Source: Candidatus Bipolaricaulia bacterium (GTDB lineage: Bacteria; Bipolaricaulota; Bipolaricaulia; JBHIAT01). From it: a stretch of DNA of 11,923 bases. Location of the stretch: NCBI GenBank assembly GCA_046758705.1, contig JBHIAT010000115.1, forward strand, positions 1 to 11,923, read 5' to 3'. Position numbers and translations under genes: made by a program. Below the pieces are notes generated by a model. The model worked only from the letters and a program-made list of their open reading frames with translations, ran no database searches and was not told the origin of the DNA. Within the stretch, counting starts at the first letter, position 1. Every line of letters begins with the position of its first letter. Below, in pieces: positions 1 to 6,466 of this stretch.

Positions 1-18
1 GGCTGGACTTGAAGTAAA

Positions 19-276
19 GTTACAATCCCCTCCTTATCGGGTCAAGTTTTGCAACGCCAGCGCGTCATTGAACTTCCTGGCGCCCTCGTCAGTAACAATC
101 CCCTCCTTATCGGGTCAAGTTTTGCAACTTCCGCCACCATCACCAATGCCTATGCGTTGTGGGTGGAGTAACAATCCCCTCCTTATCGGGTCAAGTTTTG
201 CAACATGCTAATTCGTTAATGGACTTCCGCGTCGAGACGGTAACAATCCCCTCCTTATCGGGTCAAGTTTTGCAAC
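19..276 (-). CRISPR. CRISPR array, leader-proximal end, truncated by the left edge of the window; repeat (minus strand) GTTGCAAAACTTGACCCGATAAGGAGGGGATTGTTAC
   Basis: Four 37-bp repeats at 19-55, 92-128, 168-204 and 240-276, separated by unique spacers of 36, 39 and 35 bp, plus a partial spacer at 1-18. Repeats 2-4 are identical; repeat 1 differs at one base (+ strand GTTAC vs GTAAC). Orientation is inferred from the ATTGAAAC-like 3' end (ATTGTTAC) and the leader-like sequence to the right. Confidence 0.97.
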
Positions 277-541
277 TCCTCCCTCCAGAGCCCGCTACTG
301 CAGCAGACCCTGAAGGCGGTTTTCAAGCACCTATAGTTTTCTACAGGCAAAATCACTTGCACATCCGTCCAAAAGTGACGCAAATTCCCACCCCATCCGG
401 TACGAGCATCTCCATCCGGAGGTAAATCGTTGAATCTTCGTTTGCATAAGGCTTTGAGATCCCTTCCAGGCCAAATGCGTCATTTGCTCCAGGAGGTGCT
501 CGCAGAAACGCAAGCAGACCCGCTTCTCATCTGATATTCAC

Positions 542-553
542 TTGTCAAAGACC
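542..553 (-). promoter_or_regulatory. boxA-like (Nus antitermination) element
   Basis: Minus strand GGTCTTTGACAA resembles rrn boxA (GCTCTTTAACAA / GTTCTTTGAAAA types) and lies ~30 nt downstream of the candidate -10 box. Confidence 0.5.
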
Positions 554-582
554 ACCTTGATCCTCCCAGTGCAATCTATAAC

Positions 583-612
583 AATCTATCCCTATCTTTG
601 ATCCACTGTCAA
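583..612 (-). promoter_or_regulatory. Candidate sigma70 promoter for the CRISPR array
   Basis: Minus strand TTGACA (612-607), 18-bp spacer, TAGATT (588-583). Confidence 0.5.
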
Positions 613-792
613 ATCTAATCCCAGAACCACCCCCTCACCTGTCCTGACCCAAATACTGACTCTTTGTCGACGTGGATATAAGACTTTGTAGAGAAGTTAT
701 CAATGTTCACATGGTTAAGCTTTTCTACCGAAAGATCACTTTCAAATATTCTCTTTGCCTCTCAATCTGTTCAAAATTTTCAGTCCACTGTT

Positions 793-945
793 CCTCCTAC
801 ACTTGGTCAAATATGACCACGTTCGGTCCGCTGCCTTATCGCGGCCAGCGGAGTTTCGCTCTCGGATTGACCCGCCGGATCCCTGCCCTTGTCCACCAAA
901 GGCGCAGTCGGTCGGGTGTCTCGAGTCCTGCCCGGAACAGTCGAT
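793..945 (-). ncRNA. Putative omegaRNA (reRNA) scaffold overlapping the tnpB 3' end; the guide would read into the flank from 792 downward
   Basis: Stacked hairpins: TGGTCA-aata-TGACCA (804-819), TCCGCTGCC..GGCCAGCGGA (827-852) and an imperfect long stem at 870-917. They lie under a Pro/Arg-rich, apparently unstructured TnpB tail and end at the right end of the element. TnpB omegaRNAs are known to occupy this position. The 5' boundary is approximate. Confidence 0.65.
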
Positions 946-2441
946 GGACCCTCGATCCCCACCTCAGCCAGAACGGCCAGATTCACCTGCTGTGGCGGGA
1001 AGTCGAATGCCCACCGTTCCAATCGGCGACGAAACCTGCTTTCTAGGACCGCCCGAACCCGCTCCTTCGGCGTCCAAAGGAGGATCTCGGAATCATGCCA
1101 GCGGTCCAGCAGGTTCAAGGCGGCCACCGCGTCACTATCTCCACCGTGTCCGCAAAACAGACACTGAAACCTGTTCCCACGGCGGTTCTGGCGGTGGACG
1201 AACCCACAGTGAGGACACGTTTGGCTGGAGTAGCTCGCGTTAACCTGCTCATGGTGGGAACCTCCCGCCGACGCCTTGAAGGCGACACGGTCCTTGATCA
1301 AACCGCGAACCCACAAGCTGACAATACGGCTCAGCCGCCTGGATTTCCATTTACCGTTTAAGTAACGAAGATTCTCATGCACCACCACGGCTGGTCCTTT
1401 AGCCTTCCAAAAAGCATTCAGGGCGCGATTGATCTCGTTGGCCAACGTCTGGCGCATCTTGCGGCGCTGCTTGCGCTGCTTCTCCCTACCCAGATTGTAC
1501 TTGCGGATGCGTCGTGCCTTGGCTTTATCACCTTTTTCTTCGGCCCGGCGGGCTAACGCGCCCAGCTTATTGCGCTTGCGGCCTTTGTCGCATATCTGGT
1601 CCGAGTAGTTCGCGAGTCGCTGGCCCAGACCCTCACCCCAACGGTCGCCATCAGAGTCGGTCATGACTTCAGTTACGCCCAAGTCGACCGCCTTCACCTT
1701 CGACCCGTCGGTGACTGGCTCAGGCTTCACCTCGATAGCCCGATGTACTTCGATGCGTCGCTTTTCCTCATCCCGAACGATGCGCAGGTTGCCTTGGATG
1801 GTTCCCCACCCGGTGAGGGGCAGGATCAGGCGCCGGCCAGGCGTGAGGGTCATGATCGAGATATACTGGCGACCGTTCTGCTCAAAGACTCGATACATCT
1901 CAGCATCCAAAGCAAAGCTGCGCACCTGCCCGACCCGGGGATCTTTCCCGCGCTTGCGCCTGATGACCCGGCGCAGATAGGCAACTACTTGGCGCTGCTC
2001 CCTGCGGCTGATGGAGAAGTGCAGCGGAGACGGTGCCCTGCCACTCACCAGTTGAGCCATGTGCCGGGACGACTTCAGCACCCAGAACGCATAGCGGGCT
2101 TGCTCGTCGGTGAAGTGGTCCCGGTTTTTCTGAGCCATCACCAACGGGCGCAGGGCTTCGGCCAGGGCTAGCCACTGCCGATCTATCGTCTCGATCGCAT
2201 CCTGGAGCGCCAGCTTCCACATGCGAGCTTGCAGGCCGAAAGGACTCTGGTAGCCAGTTGCCAGCAGTTCGTCCCGCACCTGGTGGTGGTTCTGGTAACG
2301 GGCGAAGATGGACGGGCGGCCGTATTCTACCAGGAAGCGGTCCTTCTGAGCCACATAAGCGGCGGCGATCTGGTGCACGGTCTGCCACTTGCCCTGGTTC
2401 AGGGAGCGGCTGTAACGCTTGATGGTTCGTCTCAAACTCAC
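807..2441 (-). CDS. tnpB: RNA-guided endonuclease TnpB (IS607-associated), ~544 aa
   Basis: RuvC-I AVDLG, RuvC-II VVHENL, zinc finger CPHC..CLFC after YSSQT, RuvC-III DSDAVAALN. Start moved from the ORF-track 2498 to GTG at 2441, which overlaps the tnpA stop (GTGA) and follows GGAGGGAG. Confidence 0.93.
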   Translation of the reverse strand: MSLRRTIKRYSRSLNQGKWQTVHQIAAAYVAQKDRFLVEYGRPSIFARYQNHHQVRDELLATGYQSPFGLQARMWKLALQDAIETIDRQWLALAEALRPLVMAQKNRDHFTDEQARYAFWVLKSSRHMAQLVSGRAPSPLHFSISRREQRQVVAYLRRVIRRKRGKDPRVGQVRSFALDAEMYRVFEQNGRQYISIMTLTPGRRLILPLTGWGTIQGNLRIVRDEEKRRIEVHRAIEVKPEPVTDGSKVKAVDLGVTEVMTDSDGDRWGEGLGQRLANYSDQICDKGRKRNKLGALARRAEEKGDKAKARRIRKYNLGREKQRKQRRKMRQTLANEINRALNAFWKAKGPAVVVHENLRYLNGKWKSRRLSRIVSLWVRGLIKDRVAFKASAGGSHHEQVNASYSSQTCPHCGFVHRQNRRGNRFQCLFCGHGGDSDAVAALNLLDRWHDSEILLWTPKERVRAVLESRFRRRLERWAFDFPPQQVNLAVLAEVGIEGPSTVPGRTRDTRPTAPLVDKGRDPAGQSESETPLAAIRQRTERGHI

Positions 2442-3094
2442 TGCTCTCCCTCCAGGATGCATACCATCTGTCGAGCCAACTCTGTGACCTGTCTGCATTT
2501 GTAGGAACGCCGGCCGTAGAACTTCGCGCAGAAGTGTTGCACGATGGCGATGAGGTCTTCGGTCAACTCGTGCATGAACTCTGGATCTGGCTTCTCAGAG
2601 CGATTGATGACCACCAGTTTGGTGCCGTACTGAGCGAAGATGGCTTCGATGAGATCGTAGCCGAAGCGGGCCAGTCGGTCTTTGTGAGCCACAATGACCT
2701 TCTCCAGGCGTCCGTTCAGCGCCTTGGTGATGAGCTGGCGGAACTTCGAGCGGCGATAGTTCAAGCCGGATCCGATGTCCGTCCAGACGTCGTCATAGGA
2801 TTGCCCGGCCCCGATGCAGAATTGCTTCAACGTCTGCACTTGGTTCTCCAGGTCATCCTTGTGGGCACGGCTGGAGACGCGGGCATAGAGGATGACCTTT
2901 TTGTTTTTGTCACCAGGGGAGGAAGGCAACGGTTGACCCAGGAACTTACGCAGGGTGGTCTCACTGTAGCGACGATGGCCTCCCTGGGTGCGGATGTCTG
3001 GGACGAGCTTGCCTGACTTATCCCAGCGACGGAGGGTGATGATAGAAACCCCGAGCATCTCGCTGACTTGGCCGATGGAATAGTAGCGATCCAT
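2438..3094 (-). CDS. tnpA: IS607-family transposase TnpA (MerR-type HTH + serine recombinase), ~218 aa
   Basis: N-terminal YSIGQVSEMLGVSIITLRRWDKSGKL..RTQGGHRRY helix-turn-helix; catalytic YARVSS; DIGSGLNY, HKDRLARFG and ELTEDLIAIVQHFCAKFYGRRS motifs. Start moved to ATG 3094 because the ORF-track TTG start (3157) is the -35 box of its promoter. Confidence 0.95.
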   Translation of the reverse strand: MDRYYSIGQVSEMLGVSIITLRRWDKSGKLVPDIRTQGGHRRYSETTLRKFLGQPLPSSPGDKNKKVILYARVSSRAHKDDLENQVQTLKQFCIGAGQSYDDVWTDIGSGLNYRRSKFRQLITKALNGRLEKVIVAHKDRLARFGYDLIEAIFAQYGTKLVVINRSEKPDPEFMHELTEDLIAIVQHFCAKFYGRRSYKCRQVTELARQMVCILEGEQ

Positions 3095-3128
3095 TATATG
3101 AATATCTTTTCCGTATAGATATGTACAT

Positions 3129-3157
3129 ATTATATCACATTTTAGCTTGACTGTCAA
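3129..3157 (-). promoter_or_regulatory. Consensus sigma70 promoter at the IS left end driving tnpA-tnpB
   Basis: Minus strand TTGACA (3157-3152), 17-bp spacer ending in TGA (extended -10 TGn), then TATAAT (3134-3129). Confidence 0.85.
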
Positions 3158-3276
3158 ACCTCCTCGATTCCGACGTTCTCGGGGCTGATGCTCGGCTGGC
3201 GCACCAGCGTTTTGAGATCGTTGAGATGCTTTTCGCTACGGCGATCGATCTCTCGATAGATCCTTTCTAACTGCAC
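3154..3276 (-). pseudogene. 5' fragment (39 host codons) of an M20/M25/M40-family metallopeptidase-like gene, truncated by the IS
   Basis: Not in the ORF track. AAGGAGGT (3288-3281) precedes GTG at 3276, giving MQLERIYREIDRRSEKHLNDLKTLVRQPSISPENVGIEE, then V-stop inside the IS. The pattern L..LVRQPSIS....GI.E is typical of M20 peptidase N-termini. Confidence 0.7.
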
Positions 3277-4381
3277 GTTCACCTCCTTGAAGCGCTTTGA
3301 TGATCCGGTGGTTGGCAACCGGGAACGCATAATCCGGGAGTTCCTCCAACCGAACCCAACGCCAGTCGTCGCAGCCGAGGGGCTGAGGGGTTCCCTGTTG
3401 ATAGGTGCAGTGGAAGACGTGGAGGGTGACGTGGAAGTGAGTGTAACCGTGCTTCACGACGATGAACGGCTGTGGCTGGCTCACGGACACCTCGATGTCC
3501 AGTTCCTCTTTCACCTCGCGGACCAGACAGCGATCGAGCGACTCGTCGGGTTGGCGCTTCCCACCCGGGAACTCCCACAGTCCACCGAGCAGGCCGTTCT
3601 CAGGTCGTTTGGCGATCAGAACTTTTTCATCATGCCAGATGATCCCGACGGCGATGTCATAGTGGGGTCGATCTCGCTTCGGGGTGTTGATCGGCAGTTC
3701 TGCCTGAAGCCCCAGGCGGTTGGCCTCACACAGCTCTGCGACCGGACAGATCAGACACCGGGGATGCTTGGGAATGCAGACGGTCGCCCCGAGCTCCATG
3801 AGCGCCTGGTTGAACTCCCGCCCTTGGCCCCGAGGCAGGAGCGTTTTGGCAAGCGTCCACAGCTGCCTCTGGGTGCCGGCCTCTGTCACAGGCCGATCGA
3901 TCGCGAACAGGCGGCAGAGCACCCGCCGCACGTTGCCGTCAACGATCGCCTCGTCCTTCCCGAACGCGATGCTCAGGATCGCCCCGGCGGTGTAGCGGCC
4001 GATCCCGGGAAGCTTCAGCAGTTCCGTTCGACTGTCAGGGACCTGTCTACCATAGCGTTCCACGATGATCTTGGCCGCCCTGTGGAGGTTTCGGGCTCGG
4101 GCGTAGTAGCCGAGGCCTTCCCAGACCTTCAACACCTCTTCCAGCGAGGCGTCCGCCAGCACCTCCACGGTGGGGAACCGTTCGATAAATCGCTGGTAAT
4201 AAGGACGTACTGTTTCCACTTGAGTCTGCTGGAGCATGGTCTCGGAAACCCAGATCTGGTAAGGATCCTGGGTTCGCCGCCACGGGAGATCGCGGCGGTG
4301 ACGTTCGTACCAAGCCATCAGCCTGTCGGTCAGTAGCTTGCGATCTTGGGGATCCGGGATTGAGGCGATCGGGTCGTGCAT
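3236..4381 (-). CDS. mutY: A/G-specific adenine glycosylase MutY with a C-terminal Nudix (MutT-like) domain
   Basis: RDLPWR, WVSETMLQQTQV, WEGLGYYARARNLH, HhH motif LPGIGRYTAGAI, VDGNVRRV, 4Fe-4S motif C-x6-C-x2-C-x5-C and C-terminal GLWEFPGG. Confidence 0.97.
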   Translation of the reverse strand: MHDPIASIPDPQDRKLLTDRLMAWYERHRRDLPWRRTQDPYQIWVSETMLQQTQVETVRPYYQRFIERFPTVEVLADASLEEVLKVWEGLGYYARARNLHRAAKIIVERYGRQVPDSRTELLKLPGIGRYTAGAILSIAFGKDEAIVDGNVRRVLCRLFAIDRPVTEAGTQRQLWTLAKTLLPRGQGREFNQALMELGATVCIPKHPRCLICPVAELCEANRLGLQAELPINTPKRDRPHYDIAVGIIWHDEKVLIAKRPENGLLGGLWEFPGGKRQPDESLDRCLVREVKEELDIEVSVSQPQPFIVVKHGYTHFHVTLHVFHCTYQQGTPQPLGCDDWRWVRLEELPDYAFPVANHRIIKALQGGERAVRKDLSRDRSP

Positions 4382-4389
4382 GGGCGTCT

Positions 4390-5310
4390 CTATTTGGATC
4401 CCTCCCCTGTGCTCAACGCCGGTTTGATATGCTTACGCCACAGCGCATCCGCCTGCCGATGGGCCCGCAACCGGTCCGAGCGGACCACGAAGGCAAGCAA
4501 CAGCAGCCCCAGGCCGGTCACGATCACGCTCCCCTCCGGTCCGAACGCCCCGCCGGTGAGCCAGGCAGGTTCGGAGCGGTCCACTGCCACCTGGAGCAAC
4601 CCGACCCGAAACGAGATCCCGCTGACGGGGAACGCGTACAGGTGTGCCTGGAGGAAGTTCCAGGTGAAATGGAAGCCAATGGGCAACCACAAGGACTTCG
4701 TCCTGATGTAAGCGACCGCCAGACCCAGGCCGACGAGGCCGGTATTGATGGTACCGATCGGTGTGGCGTTGGGATTGCTGTAATGCAGGAGTCCGAAGAC
4801 GAAGGACAGGGTGACGGCCGCTGGCCAAGTCCCCAGTCCTTCGATGAGGGACTGGAACAGGTATCCCCGGAAGGTGATCTCCTCAAACGCGCCCAGGCTC
4901 AGATGGGCGAGCAGATAGAGCGAGAAGATTTTGAGCAGTTCACGGGATCCGATCGCGGCCCAGGAGACCGTAATCCCACCCATTAAATAAGCGATCCCGA
5001 AGAACAACGAGATCATCAGCAGGCCGAGTAGGGCCCCGAGTGAGAACTCCCGGCGCCAGTGAGGATGGAACCACAGCCCGACGGAGTCGAACGGCCGCCG
5101 GTCAACATAGCGGGCCATCAGGTAAGTGATCCCCAACACCGGGATCAGCAGATAGCTCTCGACGATGAGGAGATCATCGAGCGACGATGACGCTTCGGGC
5201 AGCTGGATGAGCGAGAAGAGCAGGGTGAAGAGGAAGAGCAGGAGCGCGATAAACAAAAGCGCGCGCCATCCGGCCCGCATCCTCCGCTCATTAAAGAAGA
5301 TCGATCTCAT
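4390..5310 (-). CDS. CPBP-family (CAAX/Abi) intramembrane glutamic endopeptidase
   Basis: Multiple hydrophobic helices with EEITFRG, FGLLH and HFTWN motifs and C-terminal WLTGGAFGPEGS. Likely start is ATG 5310 (MRSIFFNERRMRAGWR); the ORF track extends to 5397. Confidence 0.9.
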   Translation of the reverse strand: MRSIFFNERRMRAGWRALLFIALLLFLFTLLFSLIQLPEASSSLDDLLIVESYLLIPVLGITYLMARYVDRRPFDSVGLWFHPHWRREFSLGALLGLLMISLFFGIAYLMGGITVSWAAIGSRELLKIFSLYLLAHLSLGAFEEITFRGYLFQSLIEGLGTWPAAVTLSFVFGLLHYSNPNATPIGTINTGLVGLGLAVAYIRTKSLWLPIGFHFTWNFLQAHLYAFPVSGISFRVGLLQVAVDRSEPAWLTGGAFGPEGSVIVTGLGLLLLAFVVRSDRLRAHRQADALWRKHIKPALSTGEGSK

Positions 5311-5406
5311 CTTGGAAAACGCTTCCGAATCGATGTCACATCCTGATTTCGGCTTCTCCAACTTTGGATTGTAAGCAATTGACCCGGCATGTCGCAAGGG
5401 GGGACC

Positions 5407-5435
5407 TTTACCGGCGATGGGGTATGTGATACACT
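5407..5435 (+). promoter_or_regulatory. Candidate sigma70 promoter for the glycosyltransferase
   Basis: TTTACC (5407-5412), 17-bp spacer containing an extended -10 TG (5427-5428), then TACACT (5430-5435). Confidence 0.45.
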
Positions 5436-5452
5436 GGACAGTGGTTCAAGGA

Positions 5453-6466
5453 ATGCGAATCTGTCTCTATCTGGAAGCGGAGAACATCTCTGTATCAGGC
5501 ATCTTGACTGCCTTCAGACAGCAGGTCAAGGCGTTGAAACAGGTCGGGGTGGAACTCACCACCGACTTTAAGGACGATCACGACCTGCTACACCTCCATC
5601 GCTACGGCCCGAAATCCCTCTATTACCTGAAGCGAGCGAGGACCCGGGGGAGGCCGGTGGTGATCACCGCTCACAGCACCGCCGAGGATTTTCAAAACAG
5701 CTTCACACTCTCGAACACATTCGCCCCGTTCATCGGCTGGTATCTGCGATTCTTCTACGAACAGTGCGATCATATCATCACCCCCTCGGAGTACACCAGA
5801 GATCTGTTGAGACGTCATGGCACACGGGGCGAGTTCTCGGTGGTCAGCAACGGTGTTGACCTGGAGTGCAATCGATTCTCCGCGGAGAAGCGTCGTCGGT
5901 TTCGGGAGACGTGGGGTTTGGAAGGGCCAGTTGCCCTCTCCGTCGGCCGGGTCTTTCCCAGGAAGGGGGTGATCGACTTCATTAAGGTTGCGGCCCAGCT
6001 TCCGGAGGTCACGTTCGTCTGGTGTGGGCCGCGGCTCAACCGACTGATCTCCTTCTATCCGGAGATGGAACGCCGGATCCGCGAGCGATCGCCCAATGTG
6101 CGGTTTTTGGGGTTCGTTCCCGACATCCAGGCGGCCTATGCCGCCGCAGATGTCTTCTTCTTCCCGTCCCACGAGGAGAATCAGGGGATCGTGCTGTTAG
6201 AGAGCGCCGCCATCGGGGTTCCGATCGTGACCCGGGATCTCCCCGTCTACCAGGGATGGCTGGTCCATGGGGAGAACTGTTTCAAGGGAAAGACGGTCGA
6301 GGAGTTTCGAGATCACATCCAGAAGTTGCTCGATGACGAGGAACGGCGCACCGCCTTGGTCGCCGAGGGGAAACAACTCGCTGAAACGCACCGTCTGGAG
6401 CGAATCGGAGGGCAGCTGGTGGCGGTTTACCGGTCGCTGTTGGACGGTTCGGCCGAGTCTGGCTGA
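5453..6466 (+). CDS. GT4 (GT-B fold) glycosyltransferase, similar to diglycosyl-diacylglycerol synthases
   Basis: MRICLYLE..SGILTAFRQQVKAL, HSTAEDFQNSF, ITPSEYT, SNGVD, PRKGV and the E-x7-E motif (EENQGIVLLE). Start at ATG 5453 is preferred over 5417 because the candidate promoter overlaps 5417. Confidence 0.88.
   Translation: MRICLYLEAENISVSGILTAFRQQVKALKQVGVELTTDFKDDHDLLHLHRYGPKSLYYLKRARTRGRPVVITAHSTAEDFQNSFTLSNTFAPFIGWYLRFFYEQCDHIITPSEYTRDLLRRHGTRGEFSVVSNGVDLECNRFSAEKRRRFRETWGLEGPVALSVGRVFPRKGVIDFIKVAAQLPEVTFVWCGPRLNRLISFYPEMERRIRERSPNVRFLGFVPDIQAAYAAADVFFFPSHEENQGIVLLESAAIGVPIVTRDLPVYQGWLVHGENCFKGKTVEEFRDHIQKLLDDEERRTALVAEGKQLAETHRLERIGGQLVAVYRSLLDGSAESG

Larger units (their letters stand above)
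277..612 (-). promoter_or_regulatory. CRISPR leader
   Basis: Non-coding stretch next to the terminal repeat. It contains an inverted pair AGCACCT (326-332) / AGGTGCT (494-500), an IHF-like site (423-435), a boxA-like motif (542-553) and a candidate promoter (583-612). The last two point towards the array. Confidence 0.75.
793..3158 (-). mobile_element. IS607-family insertion sequence (tnpA serine recombinase + tnpB)
   Basis: A MerR-HTH serine recombinase gene overlaps a tnpB gene, and there are no terminal inverted repeats. Both junctions carry a GG core within an AGGAGG direct repeat (+ strand CCTCCT at 793-798 and 3159-3164). The left junction coincides with a truncated host ORF and an abrupt switch to AT-rich sequence. 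The exact ends are ambiguous within the 6-bp repeat. Confidence 0.88.

Noticed and set aside
56-239. Self-targeting of spacers within the window
   Set aside because: No match to the IS or other genes was noticed by eye; this was not an exhaustive alignment.
159-513. ORFs 159..425 (+) and 331..513 (-)
   Set aside because: They run through CRISPR repeats and leader; the repeated VTIPSLSGQVLQ peptide is just the translated repeat.
556-620. Short imperfect repeats (TTGATCC twice, CAATCTAT twice) as degenerate CRISPR repeats
   Set aside because: No similarity to the 37-bp repeat and no regular period; at most operator-like sites near the promoter.
807-2441. Calling the nuclease a bona fide Cas12
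   Set aside because: It is translationally coupled to an intact IS607 tnpA and has IS ends and its own omegaRNA-like region. The CRISPR link is positional only, so it is reported as a hypothesis.
672-3016. Several + strand ORFs and the alternative-frame ORF 1900..2388 (-) over the IS
   Set aside because: Shadow ORFs of tnpB/tnpA in GC-rich DNA with no recognisable motifs.
793-3158. IStron (group I intron-IS607 chimera)
   Set aside because: Only ~64 bp separate the left end from the tnpA start, leaving no room for a group I intron core.
3287-4336. 349-aa + strand ORF
   Set aside because: Antisense shadow of mutY with no recognisable domain.
4390-5310. Abi/CAAX protease as an anti-phage gene linked to the CRISPR array
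   Set aside because: CPBP proteases are widespread membrane proteins; this one appears co-transcribed with mutY and nothing ties it to defence.
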